Of a DNA stretch of 64,000 nucleotides, positions 1 through 12,840 are shown piece after piece. The position numbers were made by a program, and so were the translations under genes. The stretch's first letter is position 1. Each line of letters begins with the position of its first letter. This DNA comes from Macrostomum lignano (Eukaryota), in NCBI GenBank assembly GCA_002269645.1, contig NIVC01000474.1, positions 1 through 64,000 on the forward strand, read 5' to 3'. The notes below the pieces were generated by a model, which was given only the letters and a program-made list of their open reading frames with translations, ran no database searches and was not told the DNA's origin.

Positions 1-1620
1 TGCAGATTAAAACTGCCACGAAGCCCTCAAAAGGTGCAGGGACGTGCGTGCCGCATGATCCTGAATGCCCCGCTCTCTGCTCCCTTTGACGGCCTCAACG
101 CCTTTCTTTGCCTCCCGCCTCTGGACATCTTTGTCCGTCGCGAGGCTGCTAAAACCACCCGCCGGCTCATCGAGGCTGGCGCTAGCTTCAAGCCACAAAG
201 AGCGATGGCGAAGCGCAAGCTCCTGCCGCACTCTGACCTGTGCCTTAAAGTTCTGGAGGAGAGTGGGAGTGCGGCTGTCCTTTCGGACGCTGAGCCGCGC
301 TCCCTCAATCTCTACCAACGCTTCAAGGTCACTATCCCCTCCAGGGAGAACGCCAACGACAGCTGGGCCCCTCAGGAGGTTCACTGCTTCACTGACGGAT
401 CCTCAAAGACGGTTTATCCGGCTTTGGAGTCTGTATCCTTATCAACGGCCGCGTGATTGCTACTCACGCCCAACACACTGGCAGACTCTCCAGCGTCTTC
501 CAGAATGAAGTCCTTGCCATCAGCTCCTGTGCAGCTGAGCTCCACTGCAAGGACTTCAAGGACAGAAGAATCTTCTTCCACTCTGACAGCCAGGCCGCTT
601 TACAGGCCCTGTGTCACACCACTACGAACTCCCGAACAGTCCGCGACTGTATCGGGCAGCTCAACAAGCTGGCTCGGAGGAACACCGTCCGGCTCACGTG
701 GATCCCAGGACACGCCGGCTTCAAAGGTAACGAGCTCGCCGACTCCCTCGCTAAGGCGGGCTGTTCCGGCTCGCCCCTTGGCCCGTGCCCTGGCCCCCAT
801 CCCCGCCACAGTCATTAATCGTCAGATTAACGACTGGGCGGACATCCTGCACTTGCGCAGATGGGATGGCATCTCCAACTGCCGCCAATCTCGTGCGGCA
901 GTGCCCAATCCGTCCCTCAAGCTGCGGAGAATCCTTTTGAATCAAAATCGAAAAGATATCCGCGCTCTCACTATGACCTTCACAGGTCACGGTTGCTTTG
1001 CCAGGCACTGCTTCCTCCGATGTGTTCGCCGGAGTGAACTCTGCCCTTTCTGCAACCTCGAGAACGAAGACGCCAAGCACTTCGTCTGCTACTGCCCGGC
1101 CTTCAACCGAGACCGGCTCAACCACCTCGGGCCCAACCCGTCCCTGGACGACGTTTGCCGGCCCGAGAACATCCACGGCTCATCCGGTTCCTCCGGGCCA
1201 CCAAGCGAGCCTCCGTCTTCCCCACCGAAGACAACGCTGCAGACAGGACCGGCAGACCTCCCTGACCGGCCCCGCGCCCTAGCCTTTGCGGGTCTTTCAG
1301 GGATTAGCGGAATGGGCGACGCTCGCCTCCCCGCTGCGTCTTCGGACCGCCCTGCAGCTAAGTCAAGTGGGTCTGAAGCTTTCACACCGCCGCAGCTTCA
1401 CCGATGCCATACCTTTGCATATCCTCGACTCCTCCTTATCTTATCTTACCCATTATCACTCATCCTCCCCTCTCTCACTCATCCTCCCCTCTCTCACTCA
1501 TCCTCCCCTCTCTCACCCATCCTCCCTCTCTCACTCATCCTCCCCTCTCTCTCAAGTAAAGACAAAGAATGTAAATCCAATGAAGCTTTTCAATAATAAA
1601 TCATACGCTGATATGCATCC
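1..1620 (+). mobile_element. 3' part of a non-LTR retrotransposon (LOA/Lian-like, I group): RT thumb/connection, RNase H, CCHC knuckle, 3' UTR; truncated by the window edge
   Basis: Stitched frames give VQGRACRMILNAP...LPPL, then RNase H motifs FTDGS / SDSQAALQAL / WIPGHAGFKGNELADSLAK, then CPFCNLENEDAKHFVCYCP and a terminal (R)LIRFLRATKR with stop at 1263-1265. Frame changes near 402, 785 and 1190. The 3' end is approximate. Confidence 0.9.
1455..1555. repeat. ~19-bp pyrimidine-rich tandem repeat (ctcactcatcctcccctct) in the LINE 3' UTR
   Basis: About 5 copies read directly. Confidence 0.8.
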
Positions 1621-2129
1621 TGAAGTAATATTTATTTATAAAATAAAATAAAAATTTTATCATACACTAGTGTGTTCATCCATTAGGCAAGTCAGCCAGT
1701 TTTTTAAGTCCCTAAAATGGATTTACGACAACTGACTGCCGAACTTAACCTTGGGGGGGGGGCTAAATTTGAATCTCGGCTTGGCTCTGCTCGTGCAATT
1801 AACGCCCTTGAGGCCCAACCCCCAAGGCACAGTGAAGTGTACATGCCTAACGATAAATAAAGTTAGGGCCGCTGTACACTCCTGTGTGAGTGTGTGCCTG
1901 CGCGTATGACTGCGTACGTATCCGCGTGCTTGTGTGCCTGCTCAGGGGAGTCGGCGGAATGGGCAGTAATGCCTCTCGCCGGTTGTGTGACAATTTCGCT
2001 TGAAGTGCGCCAGGGTGCACACAGCCCCCTGGCTGTAATAAAAAAGATCTAGCCCTAGCCCTACCCTAGCCCTAACTCTAACCTAAGTGATCAGCAATCA
2101 AATTATTGGCAGCCAATCGACATGCTCGC

Positions 2130-4399
2130 CTAAACAATGGAGAACTTCTGCCTGAGCCTGCAGTGGGCGCAGCCGTCATCAAAATAGTCACCAATCAGCA
2201 ATTCGTAATCCCCAGCCAGCGCAGACATTGCGCTGCCATTCCACAGCTGCATGTCTTCAGGCAGGACGTGCATCCGCACTTGCTGCAGCCGGCCACCTCG
2301 TTGCCAAGCAATCAGCCGCATAGCAACCAGCCAGACGCGCGGATTTCGTCCGATTCTGCTGCCCGGAGCCGGTCTCAAGTAGGCCTTGGCCGAATACAAG
2401 CAGCTGTACTCCGAGCTGCCCGGTATGCTGGCCGAGAACGCCAGGTCCAAGGCGGCGCCGCGGGCCACTCGGACGGGGGCGGACAGTTCGGACAGTTGGA
2501 CGCGACAGGCGGCGAAGGTGAGACCCTGGCCAAACCGGTACAGCGGCCGAGGCGCGGAGCCGACTGGCTCATCCAGAAATCGGTAGGTCATGTTCGCCAG
2601 GGTGTAGTTGGTGATGGAGCTGAGAGGCTGGTCGGGGGAGTACCAGGTGAACGGCAGGCTGGCGAACGGCGACATCTCGCCGGTCAACACGGCGGCGACG
2701 GCGACGCCGACCTCCTGGGCGGGGAAGCCGCACCAGAGAATGGCGCGGATCCCGGATCGGGGATCGGCCGCCAGCTGAATGTCCACCGGGCCGCCGGAGA
2801 AGATCAGCAGAACGGCTGGCGGCCATCGGCCCGGCGACTCGGCCAGGCTGCGCACCAGACGGTCCTGGCCGCTCGGCAGGCTGAGGTTCCGCCTGTCCGT
2901 GTTCTCCGCCTCCACCAGCTGGCCGGTGCCCACCGCCACCAGCAGCAGGTCGCTCATCCGCGCCGCCTCCAGCAAGACGGACTCGTTGCGGCGTCGGCAG
3001 AGCACGCCGTCCAGGCAGTAGCGCCACACGGTGACGACGGCACCGACTCTGGCAAGGCCGGACCGCAGCGGCACCTGGTACTGCGGCATCGGATCGGCTG
3101 CGTAGGACCCGTACATCAGCGTCATGTTGTCGGCGAACGGCCCGATTAGGCCGACGCGTTTGCCATCAAGTCGGCCGACGCTAAGCGGCAGAAAATCGTC
3201 GGCATTCTTCAGCAGCACAAAGCTGGCCGCGGCCAGGCCGGCCGAGAGTCGGCGCTGCCCGTCCGTCTGGACGATGTCGGCCAGCCGCAGCCGGCTGTAC
3301 GGATTCGAGTCGGCTGGATCGAACTCGCCCAGCCGCATGCGGGTGTAGAACAGCGGATAGGCCCGCCGAGCAGCTGCTGCCGGGTGACCCGACCGGCGGC
3401 CACTGCCTCGTGCAGGTGCTCGAAAACGATGCAGGCCTGGTCGGGGCAGCCCGGCGGCGACAGCTCGAGGTTGACGCCAGCCTGAAGGGCGCCGACGGCC
3501 GCCTCGGACCGGTTGGCGAAGTACTTGTGAAAGTCGACGGCAAACTCCAGCGCCCCCTCATCGCTGACCACGTAGCCGGTAAAGTTCCAGTCGCGGCGCA
3601 GCACGTCGGTGAGCAGGCGCTTGTTGGCGCAGGCGGGAACTCCGTTCACCGAGTTGTAGCTGCACATCACCGAGAAGCTGCCCGCCGACAGGCAACGTCG
3701 GAACTGCGGCAAGAACGACTGGCGGAGGTCCTGCTCCGGCACGATGGCGTTGAAGGACACCCGAGACACGGGGAAGTCTTCCGGGCCGCTGTACGCGGCG
3801 AAGTGCTTGCAGCCGGCGCCGGCTAGGGCAAACCGGTTGGCGGCCAGGTCGCCGCCTTGCAGGCCGCGCACAAAAGCGGCGGACAGGACGCCAGTCAGGT
3901 GCGGGTCCTCGCCGTACGTCTCTTGGTTGCGGCCCCAGTAGGGATGCCGCAGCAGGTTGATCACCGGAGCGAAGCAGGTCAGGCCGTGATGGTCGCTGTA
4001 GTTGCCGGCCTGCGAGTAATCGTTGTAGGACGCGCGCACTTCCAGCCCGGTGGCGCGGGCCATCGCCTCCACCAGCTCCGGGCTGAAGGTGGCCGCCAGG
4101 CCGATGGCCTGCGGAAACGAAGTGGCCGGGCCGGCCTCGCCGTGGCCGCTGAGGCACTCTGTGTTCCACTGGTAGGGCCGGATGCCCAGCCGTGGCACGG
4201 CCGGCGCTGGGCCGCCGTTTGTCCCTGCGCCGCCTTTGCTGAGCTGCTCGACAAGCTCGCTGTCCGTCAAACGGTTCAGCAGGTCGCGGACTCGAGCGTC
4301 CCAGGACAGCGTCGGATCCCAGAAGGGCAGCTCGGGGTGCCGAGCGGCGACAATGCTCAGGATGGGGAGGAGGAGCAGCCATAGCAGTCGCATTGCCAT
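2130..4399 (-). CDS. Intronless secreted glycoside hydrolase family 3 (beta-D-xylosidase/beta-glucosidase-like), ~756 aa, with one apparent 1-nt frameshift near 3368
   Basis: Signal-peptide-like MAMRLLWLLLLPILSIVAA; GH3 motifs WNTECLSG, ATSFPQAIGLAATF, RHPYWGRNQETYGEDP, CKHFAAY, VMCSYNSVNGVPAC, YVVSDEGA (nucleophile Asp); C-terminal VLLKN, EAENTDR, GRLPFTW-like FASLPFTW, LYRFGQGL. ORFs 3209..4459 and 2130..3338 join if one base is restored in ctc(c)ggcgggcctat. Confidence 0.9.
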
Positions 4400-4984
4400 A
4401 TCTCTGCTCCCGTGTCTAAATTGTGTTTTGCTAAACAAAACTCCTGAGCTCTGAACCAACTGTCGTCAATTTAACCCTAGTTGTGCCCAGGCCCGCCCTG
4501 ATCCAGCATGAGCATCTGCAACTGCTGGTAAGCAAACTAAAGCGTTTCGTACTGAAAGCAAATAGGTAGATAAAGCTGGATAAGGTCTCTTTCCTTACCT
4601 CGCCTCTGCCTATCTCTCTTTCTCTGCCCCGGATTTTTCGATGCGTTTCTCTTTCTTAGAAATGCTACATGTCTGACTTTAGGCCGCTGGCTGTGTGTGA
4701 CTGCGCGCGCGTGTCTGTGTGTATTTTTGCAGTCAGGCCCCGCCCGCCCCTCCGTGTTCACACGCGCCCTTGTGGCCCCTCCCAGCTGCCATCTTTGCAG
4801 CAAACGCGATTTGAAACTCGTGATAAGGAAAGCTAATCCTTATCCGCTGCGCAACACTCCTTTCGCTATTCTATCTAGCCAAGGAGGCCCAGAGGCAGAA
4901 GCCCGGAGTAGAAAATCATACCACCTTAAGCCTACATTTTTATACAACTTTAGGCTGGACTGAAGTTCGTCCAGTTAGGGGGTT

Positions 4985-5707
4985 CATGTCTCCGACACTT
5001 CATATCTCCGACACTTCACATCTCCGACACTTCACATCTCCGACACTTCATATCTCCGACACTTTATATCTCCGACACTTCATATCTCCGACACTTTATA
5101 TCTCCGATACTTCATATCTCCGACACTTTATATCTCCGATACTTCATATCTCCGACACTTCATATCTCCGACACTTCATATCTCCGACACTTCACATCTC
5201 CGACACTTCATATCTCCGACACTTTATATCTCCGATACTTCATATCTCCGACACTTCACATCTCCGACACTTCATATCTCCGACAGTTCATATCTCCGAC
5301 ACTTCATATCTCCGACACTTCATATCTCCGACACTTCATATCTCCGACACTTCACATCTCCGACACTTCATATCTCCGACACTTCGATCTCCGACACTTC
5401 GATCTCCGACACTTCGATCTCCGACACTTCATATCTCCGACACTTCATATCTCCGACACTTCATATCTCCGACACTTCATATCTCCGACACTTCATATCT
5501 CCGACACTTCATATCTCCGACACTTCATATCTCCGACACTTCATATCTCCGACACTTCGATCTCCGACACTTCATATCTCCGACACTTCGATCTCCGACA
5601 CTTCATATCTCCGACACTTCATATCTCTGACACTTCAGATTTCCGACACTTCAGATTTCCGACACTTCATATCTCCGACACCTCAGATCTCCGACACTTC
5701 ATATCTC
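4985..5707. repeat. 16-bp minisatellite (catatctccgacactt)
   Basis: Tandem copies read directly; the 16-aa period of ORF 4986..5630 equals 3 units. Confidence 0.95.
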
Positions 5708-6307
5708 TAACAATTTATAGGGTTAGGATGAACTGATTTGTCGGAGATATCATAGAATACGCAAAATCTGGCCCTGAAATAAGACCGAGTTCACATGGTT
5801 TGCTAGTTTGGTTCAGGCAACCGCAAAATTGCCGATATTTTGTGTTTATTTTGAAGAACTACAGTCGGCCTAAAATTGTACGCTCGTATGCAAATGGGTG
5901 AGGGTTGATTTTAACTGTCCTTGATGGAGCAATAGAAGCTGCTTGTGCGCGCCTGCCGTATTGAAGCCCACCTTCCATCATAGTGAGAGAGGGAGGGAGG
6001 GGGAGGGGACGGCCAACCCTGCCAAGTCAGTCAGTCATTCCCATCCCCTTGCTTCAATACTGAACTACGAATGTGCGAAATGCTTGGCAAGATGAAGGGG
6101 GGAGACTGCTTGAGGAAGCCGGTGTTGATTTAACCCAAATAACATGCTATGCAGTATGTTTTTTGACAGTTTCTATTAATTCTAGTTTGCAAAGCATAAA
6201 TTTACGAATAGCATATGTTTAATGGTGCGATGGATGGCAATGCATTGTGTTAAGGAGGCTTGTAGGTACTGCGACTATAGGTAATTGGTACTGGTTGTCA
6301 GTCATAG

Positions 6308-7185
6308 GTACTGGGTATTGGGTACTGGGTATTGGGTATTGGGTACTGGGTGTTGGGCACTGGGTATTGGGTACTGGGTATTGGGTATTGGGTACTGGGT
6401 GTTGGGCACTGGGTATTGGGTACTGGGTATTGGGTATTGGGTATTGGGTACTGGGTATTGGGTATTGGGTACTGGGTGTTGGGCACTGGGTATTGGGTAC
6501 TGGGTATTGGGTATTGGGTACTGGGTGTTGGGCACTGGGTATTGGGTACTGGGTATTGGGTACTGGGTATTGGGTACTGGGTATTGGGTACTGGGTATCG
6601 GGTACTGGGTATTGGGTATTGGGTATTGGGTACTGGGTATTGGGTACTGGGTATTGGGTACTGGGTATTGGGTACTGGGTATTAGGTACTGGGTATTGGG
6701 TACTGGGTATTGGGTATTGGGTATTGGGTACTGGGTATTGGGTACTGGGTATTGGGTACTGGGTATTGGGTACTGGGTATTGGGTACTGGGTATTGGGTA
6801 CTGGGTATTGGGTACTGGGTATTGGGTACTGGGTATTGGGTACTGGGTATTGGGTACTGGGTATTGGGTATTGGGTATTGGGTACTGGGTATTGGGTACT
6901 GGGTATTGGGTACTGGGTATTGGGTACTGGGTATTGGGTACTGGGTATTGGGTACTGGGTATTGGGTACTGGGTATTGGGTACTGGGTATTGGGTACTGG
7001 GTATTGGGTACTGGGTATTGGGTACTGGGTATTGGGTACTGGGTATTGGGTACTAGGTATTGGGTACTGGGTATTGGGTACTGGGTATTGGGTACTGGGT
7101 ATTGGGTACTGGGTATTGGGTACTGGGTATTGGGTACTGGGTATTGGGTACTGGGTATTGGGTACTGGGTATTGGGTACTGGGAT
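6308..7185. repeat. 7-bp G-rich satellite (gggtatt/gggtact)
   Basis: More than 100 tandem copies. Confidence 0.95.
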
Positions 7186-7867
7186 ACTACCCCAGAAAAT
7201 TCTGGCACTCTTGAAAAAATAAGAAAAAATATTCAGCAAAAAATTCGCTGGACTGCACTCAGTTCAGCTCGATGCCCTGCCCTGTTTATGAATACGGTTC
7301 CTTGGCCACTGGCCAGGCACTCAGCTTCTGCGTCCTTCCTGTGTGCTCCATCCGCTACAGGCGGTCTCCCCTACCGACCCCATGGGGGATCTGTTCTCAT
7401 AAAATTGGGGAGAATGACTGTGGGATGGGGGGCAGGTTATTTGCTGTAAGTCTGCTGCTGCCCGGCGGCTCCACTTCCTTCCTTCCTCTCTTTTTGCCTG
7501 GCGGCGCAATACAATTTCTTCTTCCCAATGGCCTCCTCATCTTGAGTAGAGATTCTGCCCCCCCCCGTATCCTTCGGACCGTCTTTTACCGGTCACGGAA
7601 CACTGAGAGAGAGAGAGAGCGACAGGCAATACAAAATGAAGACGGATGGCATGGGGCCATCGCAGCATGCAGTGCCCGATATTGGACCAATTGGCCACTC
7701 AAGCACGAATGCAGACAGAGATGGAGGCTCGGTCTGCTATTGACAGAAGATTGAGAACGAGTTTTCAGGAAATTAGTCACGCACTTTGGGCTCCATTCGA
7801 CAGCTGGATCTCCGGGGCAGAGTTGTTTCTTTGCTGCAATCCCTGCATGCACATCAATACCCGAACC

Positions 7868-8260
7868 GATCCCTACATCAGTCCCTACATCAGTCCCTAC
7901 ATCAGTCCCTACATCAGTCCCTACATCAGTCCCTACATCATTCTACATCAGTCCCTACACCAATCCCTACATCAATCCCTGCATCAGTCCCTACATCAGT
8001 CCCTACATCAGTCCCTACATCATTCTACATCAGTCCCTACACCAATCCCTACATCAATCCCTGCATCAATCCCTACATCAGTCCCTACATCAGTCCCTAC
8101 ATCAGTCCCTACATCAGTCCCTACATCAGTCCCTACATCAGTCCCTACATCAGTCCCTACATCAGTCCCTACATCGGTGCCTACATCAGTCCCTACATCA
8201 GTCTTTACATCAACCCTTACAATCGATCCTTGCATCAACTCCTGCATCAGTCCCTACACA
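7868..8260. repeat. 12-bp minisatellite (ccctacatcagt)
   Basis: Tandem copies with variants. Confidence 0.9.
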
Positions 8261-8916
8261 AATCCTGCATCGATCTCACCATACCATACCAACAAACGTT
8301 AAGCTATAAAATGCATCTATTTGACTGAAAAACCAGACAAAAAGTAAACAACATTCGTTTGCCGCGCATAAAAAATGGTTCGACAGTCCCTTACTCGAGC
8401 CGAAGCGATCAAGAACAGAACCTTTAACTGAAAACACGAACACATCCAATATATTATAGCAGTAGTTTATACAAAACAGCTGTGCCTTTGATTGTTGAAC
8501 GTTGTGCCTAATTAAGCAGAGGAAGCTGACAGACGAACGGGACACAAGGACCACAAGAAGTTACTGCTCCATCAGGTTGTGACACTAGACAATGCATTAC
8601 CAAGATAGAAAATCGACATTTTTAAGCACTCAATGGACGATTTCTTACCTTCTGGTATTACCACTAGCATATGCAGCTGGCATGTATTTGGTCCCAGCTG
8701 GCTTCATCAGTTTGTCTACTTAAATTCAAGCAAAAAAGCCCCAATGAAGATGATAAATGCGCCAAAACTGGAGCGAAATGACCCTTTATCCTATTCCTAT
8801 CTCTTTAATGCATTGATGCATTCTGCAAAATATCCGATCAAAGTAACACTCGCCAATGCGATATTGAGCTTCTTCTTCTAGTGGTCCTTGCTGGGACAAA
8901 GGGAAAAACTCAGCAT

Positions 8917-10797
8917 TTAACTGATGGAGCAGCTGCCGGAGCTGCCGCTGTTGAAGCTCAGCCGGTAGATCTGACTGTTCCTCGCCACCAGCACCGAGCC
9001 GTCGGCTTCGGTGTCGAAGCACAGCGCTGTGACGCCCCAGTTGTCCGCGTGGCTGATCCGCTGGCACTCGGGCACCCAGCCCTGGCTGGCCATCCCGGGC
9101 ACCCGCCGGTCCAGTACAGGGCGTACAGCGAGCCCTCCTGGTTCGCCGAGTTCACCGCCAGCAGGCGCCCCTTGCCCAAGCTGAGCAGCTGGTTGGGCAG
9201 CAGGCGCTCGAATCTCCAAGCTGACGGCTTCAGCCAGCTGTTGACCCGGCCGCTTCCCTTGGGATCGTCGGATCGCATGGACAGCAGGAAGCCGCCGTCG
9301 GTGCCCCACTGGCCGGAGACCCAGGTCTCGTTCGAGTCCCAGCAGCAGGAGATCTGCAGCAACGGGTTGCAATCCAATGTCCCCAATTGTAGCCTAAACA
9401 CACATATCACGATTTCCTAGAAAACTTAACTATGACTTTTTTACGTGTTTCTCTTGTGATGGGAGCTCGGACCAAGTGCCCCGACCCCCGTGACCCGATT
9501 CGAGGGCCGGTACGCCAATGCATTATTTATCAATCAACCGCATCTTCTGTCACATGAGAATCCCCCGAGACAGACTATAACAAATATGACTGCTTTGCCA
9601 GCTCCAAATCCAGCTAATCCGCATGATGTGGCTTTACTAATTCCACACAAGCGCGTACATACCAGCTATAACCTATAGATAAGCCAAAATATAGAATTTC
9701 CAACTCTTTTTCGAACTGGGGATCAAATTTTCCTGTCTGGCAATTCGGTCGGGGCAAACCAAGGCGGGCTGGAAAATTTCTGCCACTGCGACAGGAACTC
9801 TTTGCCTTCGGAAAAAAGCAGAACTGCAATGATCTGATTGATGATGTCTCTGCTTGAGTAATCCCGGGATCATTAGGGACATATGCTGGATTCGACAGGC
9901 CCCCGTCGGCCCGGGGAGGGGGATCTCAGCAAAGGGATTAGAGGGATAGCTCCATTAGGATAACGAGCTCATTAGTGGGGAGAGAATGGAGAATGAAGAA
10001 TCCATTGATAAGTGATAGCTTAGTCATTCAGAAGCTTACCCTGCTCTCAACACATGATTGCCACACTGTACCTGTCTGGGAATTTTATCCCAATCGATAT
10101 CCAAATGAAACAGATGCCGCAGGTCTGCTGTCAGTTTCACAATCCTGCTGACTGCCTTCCTCTGTCCGGAGTAGCACAGGAACACGGAACCGGACTGATC
10201 AAAGTCGAATCCGTGCAGCTGACCGTCTCTGTACAGTTTCTTGTTGAGCACCTGGCCCATCAGACTGGCTGACAGCACGCAGCCGATCTGAGTCTCCGTG
10301 GCCTCCTGCACCAGATCGGCCGTGGCGTACATCGTGTCCGGGCTGTGCAGCTTGATGTAGTTGATTCGCAGGTCGGTGAAGCCTCTCGGCAGAGGCCGGA
10401 AGCTGCGCCGGCAGCGCAGGTCGCTGTAGTTTCGCTTAGCCGACGTGAATGAATAAATTGAGTAGCCGTCAGTCACCGCCAGGTGGCCGCCGATGGCCGT
10501 CATGGCGACAATTGGCGAGCGCAGCACCTGGCCGAGGTCGGCGGCGCAGCGGAGCTGCACGGGCAGCAGGAGGCTCTCCTCGAACACGAACAGCGGCTCG
10601 TCGTTGATGTCGCAGAAGCTGTTGAAGCAGCCGTCAGGGTTGCACATCGGCTCGACTGGTGTGCCGCCACCGCCGCCGCCACCGCCGCCGACACCGCCGC
10701 AGACTCCGACGCCGCTGCCGCCGCCGTTGCCGCTGCCACCGTCGAAGGCAGCTGCGGAAGCTGCCGAATCATCGCCAAGCAGCAGGACTGGAGGCTC
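8917..10797 (-). CDS. 3' exons of an uncharacterised beta-propeller-like (NHL/WD-type) protein; exons 10040..10797 and 8917..9393; 5' exons not found; apparent 1-nt frameshift near 9100
   Basis: GC-rich ORF ending RAG|gtaagc (phase 2) joins in frame to tttag|G CTA CAA. The last exon is 477 nt, one base short of frame. Short hydrophobic strand-like segments (LHGFDFDQSGSVFLCY; GVTALCFDTEADGSVLVARNSQIYRL). The fold is inferred and the acceptor at 10797 is tentative. Confidence 0.65.
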
Positions 10798-12783
10798 CTT
10801 GATGCGGGAAAACAGCTCAATAGGTGAACACAATGTGACCCCGCACTCACAGGCACACGCTCATTGAGCCCCTTGAGTCACTTTACTGTGCCTTGAGCGT
10901 TACTGAACCAGTAACTCAAGCAGTACTCAAGCAGTACTCAAGCAGTACTCAAGCAGTTATCTAAGGTACTGCCGCGATAATTCCAAGAAACGCTTTACCA
11001 ATTAAAGCAGTTAAAAACAAAAATTATCAGATCAGGCCGAAGTGACGCTGCCGCCTTCTTATCGCGGAATTTCAGTTGAATAATTGGGGGGGGGGGGGGT
11101 GAAATTTCCCAAAGGCTTTTTGCTGGGGAATATTTTTCCCTGCTTTTTTCTCACTGCTCCGGTCTGCCCTGCTGCTTTGGTATTCAGCTCCAGCTTCCGC
11201 ATCCATAGGATAAGTCCTGGCTGACCCATGGGATCAGGAATAATTTTTCTCCTATTTTTACTAATTTCATCGCCGTTCTTTCTCCTACTCGGCGGAGTCC
11301 CCCGGCGACTCCCAGCACTGCCTCGGGTCGATAATTCCTTCAGTAACGCGAAAGCACTCGAATTTCCTAATCAATTTTGTCAACTAACCCTCGTTCTCCT
11401 CAATTCCAAAAGCGATTATTCCTAACAGTTTCTTCCCACGGCATGCCTCTGTCAGTTCGGAGATGGACACAGGGACTGTCAATAGTGCCGCACCGCCTTG
11501 GCTATTTCCCAGCGAGTGCCCAGTCAAAGCTGACATCATCCAGTGCCGACTGTCTTTCTCTCTCTCCCTTCTCTGTCCTCATTTCCATTGCTAAAATCCC
11601 CGCTGCAACAGAGCTCAGCTGGGCTGCCAGCAAGTTATCAGAAGGCGAACGGGGGGGGGGCTTAAAGAATTAGTCCGAAGCAATCAGCGAGTGAAGCTCC
11701 ACTGGCGCTTTCTAAGATACTGGTCAACTCAACTCAGGGGGGGGGGTGGCCACTCTATATCTAGCATATCTATAATTATCACTTGAGAGTGACCCATATC
11801 CAATGACTCAGACCTTATTGAAACTGTTGAAGCAATAAACTGCACAAGTTCTTCACTTCAACAGTTCACACACATTTCACATCACACAGTCACACGCATT
11901 TCACACACATCACAATCACACAAACGTCATACATCACACAGTCACATACATTTTACTCACACATCACACGCATTTCACACATTTCAGACACATCACACAC
12001 ACATTTCACGCTTCCATTTATGCTACATGATATCTAGCATATCTATATTTATCCCTGATAGTGGTCCCTCTCCAATGACTGAGACTTTTATTAGAATATT
12101 GTTAAAGCAGTCACTAGATGAACACATTATTTCAGAACAGTTTTTCGAACCATCTAATACTTACCATGAGTCGTGTGAGTCTTCTTAGGCCAGTTAGTTG
12201 AATTATAATGTGGTCAGATCATTCCAGAAAATAAATGGGCGGATACGAAACAGTTCATGAGCTTATTTTTTAAGTTCGAACCTACAACTAGCCATAACTG
12301 TCAACCCGATGCGACCGCTTTGCCATCCAATTTATTAATACTGGGGGGGGGGTGCGAATCCTGTGCTGGCGGAGGCTGGGCAGGGTGTCGCCAATGGGGA
12401 ACTGAGAAGGGGAGACTGGGTAGGCATTCTGCGGGTGATGGCGAGACTGACTGGCAAAGGGATTTGGCCAAAGGAAGGGGAAGAGAGAGAGAGAGAGAGA
12501 GGACCCGCCCCGCTGACATGCAAAGATTATAGGGAGGGGAAAATAGAGGATGCTGCTCAGACTGACCCCCCCCCCCTCGGCGGCCCCCTCAGCCTCATCT
12601 TGCAGTTCTCCCTTCTTCTCGAGGGGAAACTCGGGGGGGGGGGGGGTTAGCATAGGGTGCGATGCCAGCTCAAAGGCATTTTCTCTGTGTGTGTGTGTGT
12701 GTGTGTGTCGCGCACTTGCAGACTTTCTGTTAGGTTAAGGGGGCGAGAGCGAGGGAGAGATTGCAGTGGCAGACACAGAGAGG

Positions 12784-12840
<57 letters not shown>

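Noticed and set aside
2050-2090. ccctag/ccctaa run as an interstitial telomere
   Set aside because: Only about 5 degenerate units; too short to support.
2106-4384. Antisense and alternative-frame ORFs over the GH3 gene (likewise over TTLL7, PPP1R3 and Argonaute)
   Set aside because: Shadow ORFs of GC-rich coding sequence with no recognisable motifs.
8786-9067. Alternative third-frame ending for the beta-propeller gene
   Set aside because: The frame ending at 8917 gives strand-like hydrophobic patterns and fits a single-base loss; this frame is low-complexity. Splice-like signals near 8650 and 8895 could not be joined into a model.
11140-11640. Candidate upstream exons of the beta-propeller gene
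   Set aside because: Short open frames exist, but no phase-consistent donor/acceptor set could be established.
11690-12110. Diverged ~75-bp direct duplication around a CA-rich tract as a TE boundary
   Set aside because: No TIR or TSD; most simply an old local duplication.
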